Positions 37,728 to 48,950 of a stretch of DNA of 64,000 nucleotides are shown piece by piece. Origin of the DNA: Takakia lepidozioides. Lineage: Eukaryota; Plantae; Bryophyta. The stretch is from positions 16,802,001-16,866,000 of the forward strand of contig CM060734.1 of assembly GCA_030704615.1 (NCBI GenBank), written 5' to 3'. The notes beneath the pieces are model-generated. The model was not told where the DNA came from, made no database searches, and saw only the letters and a list, made by a program, of their open reading frames with translations. Both the position numbers and the translations under genes were made by a program. Position 1 is the first letter of the stretch, and each line of letters starts with the position of its first letter.

Positions 37728-38078
37728 GTTCTATGGAAAGGTACTAAAAAGTTCTTAAAGTTGTCACTGAGTCAGAAATTCCTATTATTCTACAGACTTG
37801 TAGCTTGATGAGGATGAAGAAGCTCCGGATGATGATGTTCAAGTTTATTAGACACGTAATCAAAGCTACATAATAATTCTCGCACCGAACTGTACCCATC
37901 CCTTCGATTGATTGTACATGTACATGCATATTGTAGCTTATTTCTATGATTTATCAATGGTCTTGCAATCATCTCTCCCTCTCTCTCTAATCCATGGCTT
38001 CAATTGGGTGTCCATGGCATCGAACTCCCGTTAGCTAGACCTTGGATCACTTGTCAACCTCGCCATTGTCATGCCCCA

Positions 38079-41000
38079 CTACCTTTGTCCAAGGCATTGT
38101 GGACACAACCATTCTCCACTAGGAACCTCCTCAAGTGGCGGTGTCAAGCATCCCATATGCCACCCCCTTGAGCATTTGTCACACACCAACATGGTCGCGG
38201 CACCACCAACATGCCCACATAGCATGCAACGCAACCCTGCAGGTACCACTACAAGGTTGGGATCTATCATCCCATCCACATGTGAAAGGTGACATGGCGC
38301 ACAATTGCGCACATGGTCCTTCCATACCATGCCATCTCGACCCTCCAGAATCAACACTCCTGAAGGCAACACCTCCCTGACCCTTAGAATGACACGCCCT
38401 GTTGCACGACATCCAAGGTCATAGGCGCTGTCTGCTACAGATACACATAGTCCCCAAGATGGAAACGCCAAACACCTGGCCGATATCCCCCTCCACGTAT
38501 AGTGGCATATGTGTATCGGTGTTGGGCAATAACAAGGTTCTCAAAAGCCATAGGCATGACTCTCTTGAACAACTCTGCCCATTGGGCACATGCTTGTGTC
38601 CACACATCCGGATCATCAAGGTTGAGGACTACTGTAGTCTCCCTGCAAATAGATGCAGGCAAATCTGGCTCTCGGCCAAAGAGAAGGAAATAAGGCGAGA
38701 ACGAGGCAAGTGATGCTTGCTTGCTAAACCTGTAACCCCTGGCCAACCAAGGTAGCTGAAGGTCCCAATCTCCCAAGTGCCCCTTATGCAAGCCAAACTT
38801 GCGCAAGCCTCGCTTGACTGTTTGCACAACCCTCTCGGCCAAGCCATCAGCCTCGGGATGATCCCGAGAAGTAGTGCGGTGATCTATCAAGGCTTGCTCA
38901 CACAAAGCGTGAAACTCCCCCAAGAACTCTCTCCCCTGGTCCGTGAGTACCTCGGCTGGAGCACCAAATTGGCTAAGCACTCGATCTAAGAATGCATACG
39001 CAGCCCCCTCACTTGCCTTGCCAGGCAATGCCACCAGTTCAATCCATTTGGAGAATTGTTCCACCATCACCAGCACATACTTGTTATGGCGAGTCGTTAG
39101 TGGCAATGGGCCTGCGAAGTCAAGACTCCAACGATAGCCCAAACCCATAATGGGTAAAGGATGCAATTGTGGAGTAGATGCATTGAAAGAAGCCCGCACT
39201 CTATCACACACCATGCACCTTGCCACTAACTGTTGCACATCCGTGTGTGTTCCCCGCCACCAATACTGTCATTGCAACAAACTATGAGTGCGCCGCACCC
39301 CAAAATGTCCCAACTCCTCATGGGCATGGCGTACCAATTGCGCTCGTTGTGTTGGATGAGACACAATCCTCAGTCATCCATCCTCCCATACTCGGAGTAG
39401 GTGAGTCCCCTCCCACTTGAACCTCTTGGCTTGTTGTACGATCCGATCTCTCCCCTTAGCAGTCACACTGGCTGTTGTCTCTCTAGTACGAAGGCAGGCC
39501 AACACTGCTGCATCTTCATGTACATCCTTAGCACCACCAAGCTCCTCACTGATCTCTGGATCGTCATGCACACTATCTCTATGACCAATCGCATGGGATG
39601 GACCAGTTTGAGCTCCCATTGCTAGAATGCATAAAAAGGCAGATGCGTGCCATCCTGGCACCATCTCCTTGTCCGTCTTACCATGCCAACAAGCTCCTGT
39701 ATCATCAAGCTCACTTGTGCATGGATTGCGACTCAATCCATCCGCATCCCGGTTGACTATTCCGGCTCGATGCACCACCTGGAAGTCGTACTCTTGAAGC
39801 ATAAGTGCCCACCGTGCAAGCTTCCCTGTAAGCTTGTCTGACTCCATCAACCACTTCAATGGTTGGTGATGCGTGACAAGGGTGAAGAGATTGCCATAGA
39901 GGTAGCATCTAAAATGTGCCACTGCCCATACTGCAGCTAGACACTCTCCTTCATAGGAACTATACTTCACCTCGGCATCATTGTTTGAGCGGCTAGCATA
40001 TGCCACTACGAACTCTCTTCCCTCATCATCCACCTGTGTGAGCACTGCTCCAATCCCCAGCATACTCCAATCCGTATGTAGCTGAAAAGACCGCCCCCGA
40101 ATAGGCTGCCTCAGAATAGGCGCAGAAGTCAATCGAGCATTGAGTTCCTCAAAGGCTTATTCCTGCTCCTCCTCCCACTGCCACTCTTGACCCACCTTGG
40201 TCAACTTGGTAAGAGCCTTTGCAATGCTGCGAAATCCCTTGACAAACCGTCGATAGTAGTTTGCCAACCTCATGAAAGCACGAACTCTGCTAACATCGAT
40301 GGGGCGTGGAATGCGTGCAATGGCCTCCACCTTCGTCTTTTGAATACCCAATCCTCCAGGGTATATCATGTGGCCTAGATACTCAATCTGGTTGTGGAAG
40401 AACTTGCACTTCCCAGGGTGCAATTTCAACCCATGCGTTCTCAAGCGCTCAAACACCATCTGAAGGTGTCTCTCGTGCTCCTCAATCGTAGCACTAAAGA
40501 TGATGATGTCATCAATGTAGCACCGGACGAAGTCTAGTCCCGCAAGAATCCTATCCATGACCCTCTGAAACTCTGCAGGAGCATTCTTCAACCCAAACGG
40601 TAAGAACCGCCATTGGTACAAGCAATCCTTCCCATGTTGGTCAATCCCCCAGAATGTCGTCTTTTGCTTGTCAGCCTCTTTGATTGACAACTGGTGGTAA
40701 CCGGATCGCAAGTCCAATGTGTTAAACACCTTTGCATGCCCAATGGCATAAAAGATTTCCTCTGGAGTTGGCATGGCATATCTATCGGACTTAGTCTGAC
40801 GGTTCACAGGACGGTAGTCCCCACACATCCTCCTTTCTGTCCAATTGCCATAGATATGCTTCTTAGCTGGCATCACCGTTGCCGAGGCATATTCCCCGCC
40901 TGACAACTCCACCAATCCAGCTTTGAACAACTCCATAGTTCGTGACTGGATCAAAGACCTCTCCATATCACTATACCTGTAGGGCCTTCGAAAAATTGGT

Positions 41001-41090
41001 GTGTCACTTGCCAAATCAATACGAGACTCCTGGCCCTTCAAACTCCCCAAATCCTTCAAACCGAAGGCAAAGCAATTTCTATAAGCCCGG
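38079..41090 (-). pseudogene. pol: Ty3/gypsy pol 3' half: RT, RNase H, integrase and PHD finger
   Basis: [32 protein letters not shown]; LHTDWS..YEGECLA..ADGLSR; WSLDFAGP..TDQG..ADGLAER; CMLC..CDKC..H..C..W.CPQC; purine tract at 37972-37988 (minus) followed by TG. Confidence 0.93.
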
Positions 41091-41436
41091 ATTCCTTGGG
41101 AGCATTATTATAAGTGACAAGCATTGCTCTTACACATTGAGATAATTTGTGTTGATTTGGAGCAATTGTCAAGTGATGAGGAGACAAATGCATGATTGCT
41201 CGGCAATGGAGATATGGTAGTTTGCAATCAAATCCCAAGGACTAGAAGGGGGATTGATCTGGTGGACAATGCCTTGCAAGTTGAGTTGGACCACTCTTGG
41301 TTGCACATTGGGGTGGAAGAGAGCAAGAAGATGCCTCTTATGACCACCTAGAGACCATATTTTTGCTTAAGTAGAAGCATAGAAGTCAAGGACTTGCATT
41401 CTAGCTCTTCATTACAAACCCTAGTAGTGTATGCTC

Positions 41437-41740
41437 AGACTATACCTTTGTTAGTATACCAAACAGGAGCTTGTCCCTTTGACTATACCTCTGTTGAGAT
41501 ATCACCATATGTGAACCCTAATGTGAGACTATACATCTGTTAGTATACCAAACATGAGCTTGTCCATTTTACTATACCTCTGTTGAGATATCACCATATG
41601 TGGACTCTAATCAGCTCAGACTATACCTCTGTTAGTATACCAAACAGAACCCTCATTTTCAGACTATACCTCTGTAAAAGTATCATCAACATAATGGACC
41701 CTAACAACCTCAGACTATACCTATGTTAAGGTATCAACAT
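41437..41740. repeat. Tandem array of roughly 45-bp ACTATACCTCTGTT-type units
   Basis: About 7 units alternating two variants (..AGTATACCAAACA / ..GAGATATCACCATATGTG). Confidence 0.85.
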
Positions 41741-42522
41741 TGAAAGGACTTAGTGAAATTTAAGGGCCTTTGGAGGATTGTTTGGAGGATATTTGAGGGC
41801 AGTGTTTGGAGGATCTTTGGGGTCCTTGGAGGAGTATTGGAGGACCCTTCGAGGAGCTTTGGTGGACAATGTTGAAGAGCTCTTGAAGGATTGATTGAGG
41901 GATATTTGAAGGATACTTACCACGGCCATACAAGCGAGTGGATAGAGACAGGAGGGAGAGTGGCGGGATGAGAGCATTCTGGGGTTAGGAATTGCTTTAG
42001 TTTCTCTTCCCCATAGTCTTTCACAATCTCTGTAGGCCAAAACCTTTCCGTAGGTGGAGGCAAGAGTCAGTCCGGGTTTGGGCTGGGGTGTCATTGCAGG
42101 AGCGACACTGTGGAGTATTTTTGGTGTGGGGGAGTTGCTGTCTTGATTTTCTTGTGTTTGGATCCCCTTCACACCTACATGCTTGACTGTGCGCCATATT
42201 AGCTTTGTGTAGGCGCATGTTTTCATAGGAGGTTGGTCCGGATTTGATCACCGGCCAATCCTAGAGTATGCTGTCGGTGGTGAGGCTGGAGTGATGACCA
42301 GCAAGACCATCAGTGTTTCTTCTATGGTGAGGCTGGGTTGATGACCAGCAGACCATAGGAGTGCTTGCGGTGGATGCAGGTGCAGGTACAGGTTTACGTT
42401 AGAAACCTATTATTCCTGCTTGAACCAGTAGCCGCAACAGGTTCTCTACCCGGTTACCTTGTGGAAAGTGGGGATTAGAGACAGGTTGACAACCGGTTGG
42501 GTTGTGAGTTTTCATCACGGAG

Positions 42523-45028
42523 GTGCCACCAATTGCTGAGGGGAGTGCCGGTATGAGCACCAGCGATACTAGTGGGTACACAAGACGAGGTGTGCGGCTT
42601 AGGCCACCTTCACCTTCAGTGTCTTCTGAGGAAGGTTCAGACTCGGAGTCAGGAGGATTCTCGCCGAGGATGCAAGTCATTTCCGTGCCATTGTTGTGGG
42701 ACACGATGGAGGAGATGTATGGAGCTACCAAGGGGCCACGTAGGTACTCTGGAGCTGTGGGCACCATCGAGCTTGATGACTTCATACAAGAGTTTGACAG
42801 TTGGTGTGATTTGCAGCAAATGCGCAATCCACAACTGTTTACGCCCTTTATGGCGTGGAAGGGGCTATTCCAGCACCTTGAGGAGCCGCCCATGGATGAT
42901 TACCATGTATTTAAGCGGGGACATACGGTGGAGATTGAGAAGTGGCGAGAGTATTGGTCACCTAACTATGTCTCCATCACTAGAGGCACAAGGGCAGCGA
43001 CGACACCAGCAGCTACACAAACATCTCCAACTGCAAGCACTAGTAGTGGGACAAGTGGTACAGGAGCTCGGAAATCCACTCAAGCTCCTGCTGCAGCACC
43101 AGCACCCGTGCCTGCCTTTAACCCAGTTGTGGAGTTCTTTGAGGAGTTGAGGAGAAACTACCAAGGGATAAGGACAGAGAAGTTGCGGAGCTTGCAAGAA
43201 TTCCAACGAAGGTCTACTGAGAGTTTGAGGGAGGCTTACACCCGCATGAGGCGCTTGATAAATGTAACCCAAGGGGTTACAGAAGCTCAGGCAGTCCAGT
43301 TTTGGTATGGGATCCTGGACAAGGAGCTGAGGAGAAGCGTGCGGGATGCAACTCTCCTACAAGTGGACCAACCCACCTTAGCAAATGTTTTTTCTGCTGG
43401 CAGAGATAGAGCTCAATATGGTGGATGAGCAAGTGGTTATGGTGGGGTTTGGCAAGGAGACACAACGAAGTGGGGCTCCTAGCCAACAATAACCACTATC
43501 CCAACGTGTTCAAGGCAACAAGGGGGCTCAGGTGAAGCCGATGGAAGGACAGAGAGGATCTCAAATGCAGAGGTCTCTTCCTTCATTCTCAGGCCAACAA
43601 CAATCGGGTGTGACTTGTTGGGATTGTGGAGGACCCCATGTCAAAAAGGATTGCCCGGAGAGAGACAAAGGGCCGGCACAAGCACAACCTACACAACTAC
43701 AGTGTGGGCATTGTGGAAAGTATGGGCATGAGGAGGCCCATTGTTATGGCTTGCATCCTGAGCTACGGCCAGGCCAATTCGAAGGGAACAATGGTGGCCG
43801 AGGACGAGGCAATGTAGTTCAGAGAGGTAGAGGAGGCAGAGGTCGGGGTGGAGGTCGTAACCAAAACCAAGGAGCACAAGGTCATGACCAAGGCATGGTG
43901 GATAGACTTGCCCAGCTAAAGCAACGTCTTGCTGCCATGGCCACTAGTCATGTTGCGCCAGCTCCAAGGCTTGAGGTTCAAGCCCCACCTGCACAACCTC
44001 CTATGCCTAGGGAAGATCAGATTGGTATGGGCTTCATGTGTGGAGCCGCACTTGCAGGGCCATTGCATGTATTGGACTCTGCTGCTGCTATCACTCGAGC
44101 AGCAACGCGTGCTCCTGAGCCAAGATGAGCGGATGTGGATTTTGATCCACAAAGGGGGGAAACAAGTCGTCAGACAAGGCTTCTACAGTCCTTTACATAG
44201 GCTGAGATAGTGCCACATACGCCATCAATGACACCTGCTCGCCCAAGTGTGTTAGAGGTAGAGCCACGAGTGTCATTGGGGAGAGTTGGTGTGGCTAGGG
44301 AAATGCCAGTGGGTGGTGCTGCAAAGCAAGGTACAGCCAGTACATTGTTGGGGGCGGCTACGGCGGTTTGCCAAGCTCCATTGTTTTCTGCAATGACCAT
44401 TGCAATGCCGGGGATTCGGCCAGCTGCTGTGTTCAGACTAGCAGCTAGATTATGTGAGAGTGGTGATGCATCGACACTATCTGCGGAGATAGCAGATAAG
44501 GTGCAGTCTATGGATGCTTTGGATTCGAGGGTGAAGTCAGCCACAGTTGCGCCATGGCAAGCGGCAGCTGCAAGGTTGCAGGAGTTGCCAACTAGGCCAG
44601 CCATTGAGCGCAGCATGGTGACTCCTAGGGTAGTCCTGGTGGACAATCAGGATGGAGTGTTTCAATTGGGTGGCCCAACCGGGAGGAGGTATAGGCCACT
44701 ACGGGTCTTGTTGGACTCGGGAGCACAACCATTGATGTTGGGGAGAGCAGCAATTGCAGACTTGGGCCTTACAGAGGCGGATTTGGAGCCTTGTCCTTTC
44801 CAAATTCAAACATCTTTGGGTGGTTCAGAGAAGGCGCAAGGGATTACACGCCATGAGCTCTTCATTCGATTGCAGCCAGATCATCCTACGGACGGCTCAG
44901 TCATGAAAGCTAAAGCCATTGTTACGGACGCGATGTCATATGATGTGCTTGTTGGTGGGGCTATGTTGTACCCCATGGGATTTACTTTGGACTTTTGGGA
45001 GGAAACGGCATCCTACAGGCTGGAGTGA
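42523..45028 (+). pseudogene. gag: Gag (two Zn knuckles, RGG tract) and aspartic protease of an LTR retrotransposon
   Basis: FQRRSTESLREAYTRM; CWDCGGPHVKKDC; CGHCGKYGHEEAHC; VLLDSGAQ..YDVLVG; frameshift and stops. Confidence 0.88.
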
Positions 45029-45419
45029 CAGTCAGGAGATGGCCGACGTGCACTGCTCCCAGTGCGGTTTATTGGGAATGTAGCGGTGGATCATAGGAAC
45101 ATGATGCCCACATTGGCTGCATTCTCAGGGGTGGTGGCTTGGGGTGGTGAGCTCTTGGAGGGCAATAGCCATGTAGATGATAGGCCACCATCTGATGAGG
45201 ACAAGCAACTGGTATACAAGGTTGAGTTGCTTCCTCATGTGCCTGTGCATATTCCACTGTGGGGTACGGTTGGGAATTTGCAGCGAGTAGCAGGCGAGAG
45301 TGTGCACCAAGCATGGCAGGAGGCCTATCCATTGGTGAGTGAGGGGAGATCAGTGACATCACCCGGACCTCCTCAGTTAGCTCCTTTGGACACAATGCCC
45401 ATTACCTGGCAACCACCTG

Positions 45420-46345
45420 ACTTAGGGATTTGTTTGCTAGACATGTTTGGAGGCATGAGCACTGGGCTTGCAGGAGTGTTGCAAGTAGGGATTAAAGTAC
45501 GCAAGTACTTGTATATGGAGAAGGATGAAATAGCTCGGCGTATTTCTATGCGCCACATCGCCTTGTTCACACACCGGTATCCTGAGTCGTTGTCTCTCTC
45601 AGCAATTCAAGGGTATCAAAAGGCCTTGCCAGTAGACATTACCTTGCTGGGGGCGGATGATTTGGACCGGCATGGTGCCATTGCCAATGACACTCTCCCG
45701 CAGGTCATGGAAATGGCTTGCATGATGCACGATTGCATTTGTTTTGGGAGATGTTGCGAGTGTTGCATGACTTGCAGACGAGGCAAATGCAACCTCTAGC
45801 CTATATCTTGGAGAATGTTCCTCTTATGGGGGACTCTCGGGCCAGGGTTATGGCCAGTGTGCATCAGGTGTGGTCTTGGATTGGATCGGCGGTGCTATTG
45901 GATGCAGCAGCGGTGGGATCACGAGCGCATCAACCTCGATTGTGGTGGACCAATCTTGCACCACCAGAGCTGCTCAAGAGAGCATACGATTCCATTCAAC
46001 GGCCACCCAATCTCACAGTTGAAGGCATTTTAGACCAAGGGAGGCAACCACAGAGGGTGCAACATGATGACCGTCCACCTCTAGCAGTGGTAAATCGAGT
46101 AGGGCAGCCACGTGCAACCTTGCCTACACTCTTGAGCTTTCCCTCGTCTCATGTTTTTTGAGACAATGGTCCTGGGTTGATTTGGGACAGTGTGCTACAG
46201 CAATTGGTGGAGCCCAATGCAGATGAGCGAGAGCAGGCAATGGGATTTGCCACGGGCACTACAGCTGTGTCAGCTCTGTCAGAGGCATCACGATGCTAGG
46301 TGTTGGGTCAGGCAATGGATCTCAATTGCTTGACATGGGTCATTG
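45420..46345 (+). pseudogene. Retrotransposon-borne C5 cytosine DNA methyltransferase domain (DNMT3-like), decayed
   Basis: Motif I LLDMFGGMSTG, II YMEKD, III DITLL, IV remnant CQ*HS.AG.GNGLHDAR..LF, VI YILENV, VIII RAHQPRLWWTN, IX EREQAMGF, X LGQAMD, all in canonical order directly after the protease. Confidence 0.88.
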
Positions 46346-47211
46346 GCTTGTGCATGGCTGAGCAACAGAGATTGCAAGCATTGGTGGCTACTTCTGCACT
46401 TCCATTGGATATTGCACCATCTCTGCCAACCGGGACGGTGGAGGCAGTGAGTGGAGGCGAGCACAGGATCATGGGGTGCAAACACCCATGGCAGATGTGG
46501 GATGAGATGTGCAAAGAGAGAGTCATTGGTTCTCTCAAGCAGCAGTATAAGAAGTGGGGAGAGCCATACACTGAGTATCAGTTGGAGGCCAAGGTGGCCA
46601 ATGTTTTTGAAGAGGTTGAGAATGTTTCTTCCCCAGAGGATGTTCTCAAGGTGGCTATGGCGGAGCAAGTGGAGGCTATGCCACGGTCAGGGTGGGCGGA
46701 TAAAGCCCAAGAGGTTGTTATTTAGCAACCAAAGGATGCGTCTCCTATTTCCAAGCCTTGGATCCCACTCTCACGCCATATGCCTCATTTGGGATCTTGC
46801 ACCAATCCATTATCCATGTGCTCCCCTTGGTCATTTGAATGCATGTTCCATGACCTCTTGGCCTATGTGTTGCTCTCCTTCATCATAACATGAATCAACA
46901 CCTCTCCACTTCACACACAAATGGATCGCAAGGCCTTCACCTCTTGCTAGTTCAAGAGCTCCCCTTCTCAAACTTGAACTTACAAACTCAAGAGAACATG
47001 CTCCACACATGCACCACTTGCTTGGTCAACTATTGTTAGAGGGCTGTCTGGGACTTAGACAGTGTTATGGGTTCTGTGGGGTACACTTAGATAGTTTTAC
47101 GGGTTCAGGGGGTACCCTTAATTTTTGCGCAGACTTACGGATGTAGACTTAGACCAACAGAGGCCTTAGGGGTGACAGACATAGGTTTTAGGGGTGGTAG
47201 ACAGGCTTACA

Positions 47212-47442
47212 CACTCAGTCACAGTCTTACACAGTCGTACACAGCCTATCATAGTCTATCACAGCCATACACAACCTTACACAGTCTGTCACAGTCAATC
47301 ACAGCCTATCACAGTTAGTCAGAGTCTATCACAGCTCGACACAGCTTCGCACAGTCCGTCACAGCCCGACACAGCTTTATACAGCCAGTTACAGCTCGGC
47401 ACAGTCACAGCCCGACACAGCTTGGCACAGCCCGTCACAGCG
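47212..47442. repeat. 10-bp-period minisatellite (ACAGNNNNNC)n
   Basis: About 23 units with ACAG almost exactly every 10 nt. Confidence 0.9.
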
Positions 47443-48008
47443 TACGTAGGGAACGATTATCATTGGCAGGGAACGACTGTGTGGGAACGACATCTGCAGA
47501 GGGAACATGCTCACTTCTTGAGATGACAGTTAGTTAGTTAGGTGGTTAGAATAGCTTGCGGGTAGATTAGGCAGAGTAGCAACTTCGAGAAGGGACTTAG
47601 GGGGAAGAACGATTGGGAGGACTTCGCGGAGAGCACTTCTGGATCATCAGCGGAGGTGATCAAGGAAAGAACACGGACTGGAGCAAGGATGGAGAGTACA
47701 GTGATGGAGGGGACGCAATCTGCTGATGTTTGATGAATGCAAGCTGTAGAGTTAGACTGTAGAGCAGATTAGGGACACCATGGCTTCGGCCTGATACATG
47801 ACAAATCTTAATCTGACACCTATTCGATACAATCACACGGTGTAGAGAGACTTGAGTGAAGCTGTGGAATGAATGGATGAGTGAATGGAACCTGAAAGAT
47901 TACTGAAGCAATCTGATGCTTAAGTATACACAACAAGGTAATTTGTTAACATGAAATCAAGAAGAAATACAAACAGGAAGCACAACCATGATACACTAGT
48001 TATAGGTC

Positions 48009-48704
48009 ATGACAGATTGTTCTGAGCGGGCTGGGTGCTTAGAGATTTCCAACTCTTCTATCTTGGAGTTCCCACCTCGGATAGCAAAGGGATGGGTGAG
48101 TAAAAGCCGCACGACATTTGGCGACCGTACTGGGAGACTGGGTCAAGAACAACCAGATGTGACAGGCATCTGGTGGGATCATGGTGGTTGGAGAATTAGA
48201 GAATTTGATGTGAATCAAATTCCTTGTGGAACTGAGAAAGAAAGATTGTCCAAGCAATTCTTTCAGAGATTCTTGGAATTGCCAGACGGTTGCAAAGAAA
48301 ACATTATTAAGAGAGTGCATGATGCTGATCCTGAGTGGGGTCTGGAGAAAGGAGTGATAAAGATTTATCAAGTGGCCTGTAGAGGGAGAGCAAGTTGGTT
48401 ACCAACGCTGGTTTATGTGATAGCGTTGCTATCCATCAAACGAGTGGAGTTTGAAGGCTGGGAGGAACGGAAAGTGAATGTTTACACTCATATGCATGAA
48501 GAGTTGGTACTGGTAAAGAATTGGATTCCTAAGGATATCTTGTGGATCAAACTGACACCAAGAACAGCTTTTCAGACGTGCTTGCCATATGGTTATATGG
48601 TAACAGAGACTTCTAGTATAGCCAAGGGTGCATTGAAGCTTGAAAGAAATCTAGGCATATACGAGAGATACTACAGAAGAGAGTTTTGGTTATTGCCTCA
48701 TTGA
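48009..48704 (+). CDS. 231-aa extra ORF upstream of gag in an LTR retrotransposon, unknown function
   Basis: Intact ATG-to-stop ORF; same-length homolog at 60498-61193. Confidence 0.65.
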   Translation: MTDCSERAGCLEISNSSILEFPPRIAKGWVSKSRTTFGDRTGRLGQEQPDVTGIWWDHGGWRIREFDVNQIPCGTEKERLSKQFFQRFLELPDGCKENIIKRVHDADPEWGLEKGVIKIYQVACRGRASWLPTLVYVIALLSIKRVEFEGWEERKVNVYTHMHEELVLVKNWIPKDILWIKLTPRTAFQTCLPYGYMVTETSSIAKGALKLERNLGIYERYYRREFWLLPH

Positions 48705-48950
48705 AGATATGAAAGACATGGGACATGAGTGATGAAAGAGAAGCTAGACTTCACAGATATTTAGCAAAAAGAGAAAGTTATTTGAAAGCTAATTATCCAT
48801 ATCTTTGGGAGAGAGGAATAGACATAGGAGAATCATCTAGACCTCTCACACCATTAAGATCGAAGAGTACATCACCCATACCGGAGGAACCAAAGTTGGA
48901 TGCCACTCCTTCTTATTCTTTACAAGAAAGATTAAGGGATTTGGTACAGG

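Larger units (their letters stand above)
47034..48950 (+). mobile_element. 5' part of a Tat/Ogre-like LTR retrotransposon (copy A), truncated
   Basis: Begins TGTTAGA; 47448-48948 is colinear with 59945-61440, which continues into gag-protease. Confidence 0.7.

Noticed and set aside
45420-46345. Functional host DNA methyltransferase gene or restriction-modification MTase
   Set aside because: Intronless, continuous with gag-protease, catalytic motif partly deleted and interrupted by stops; no partner endonuclease.
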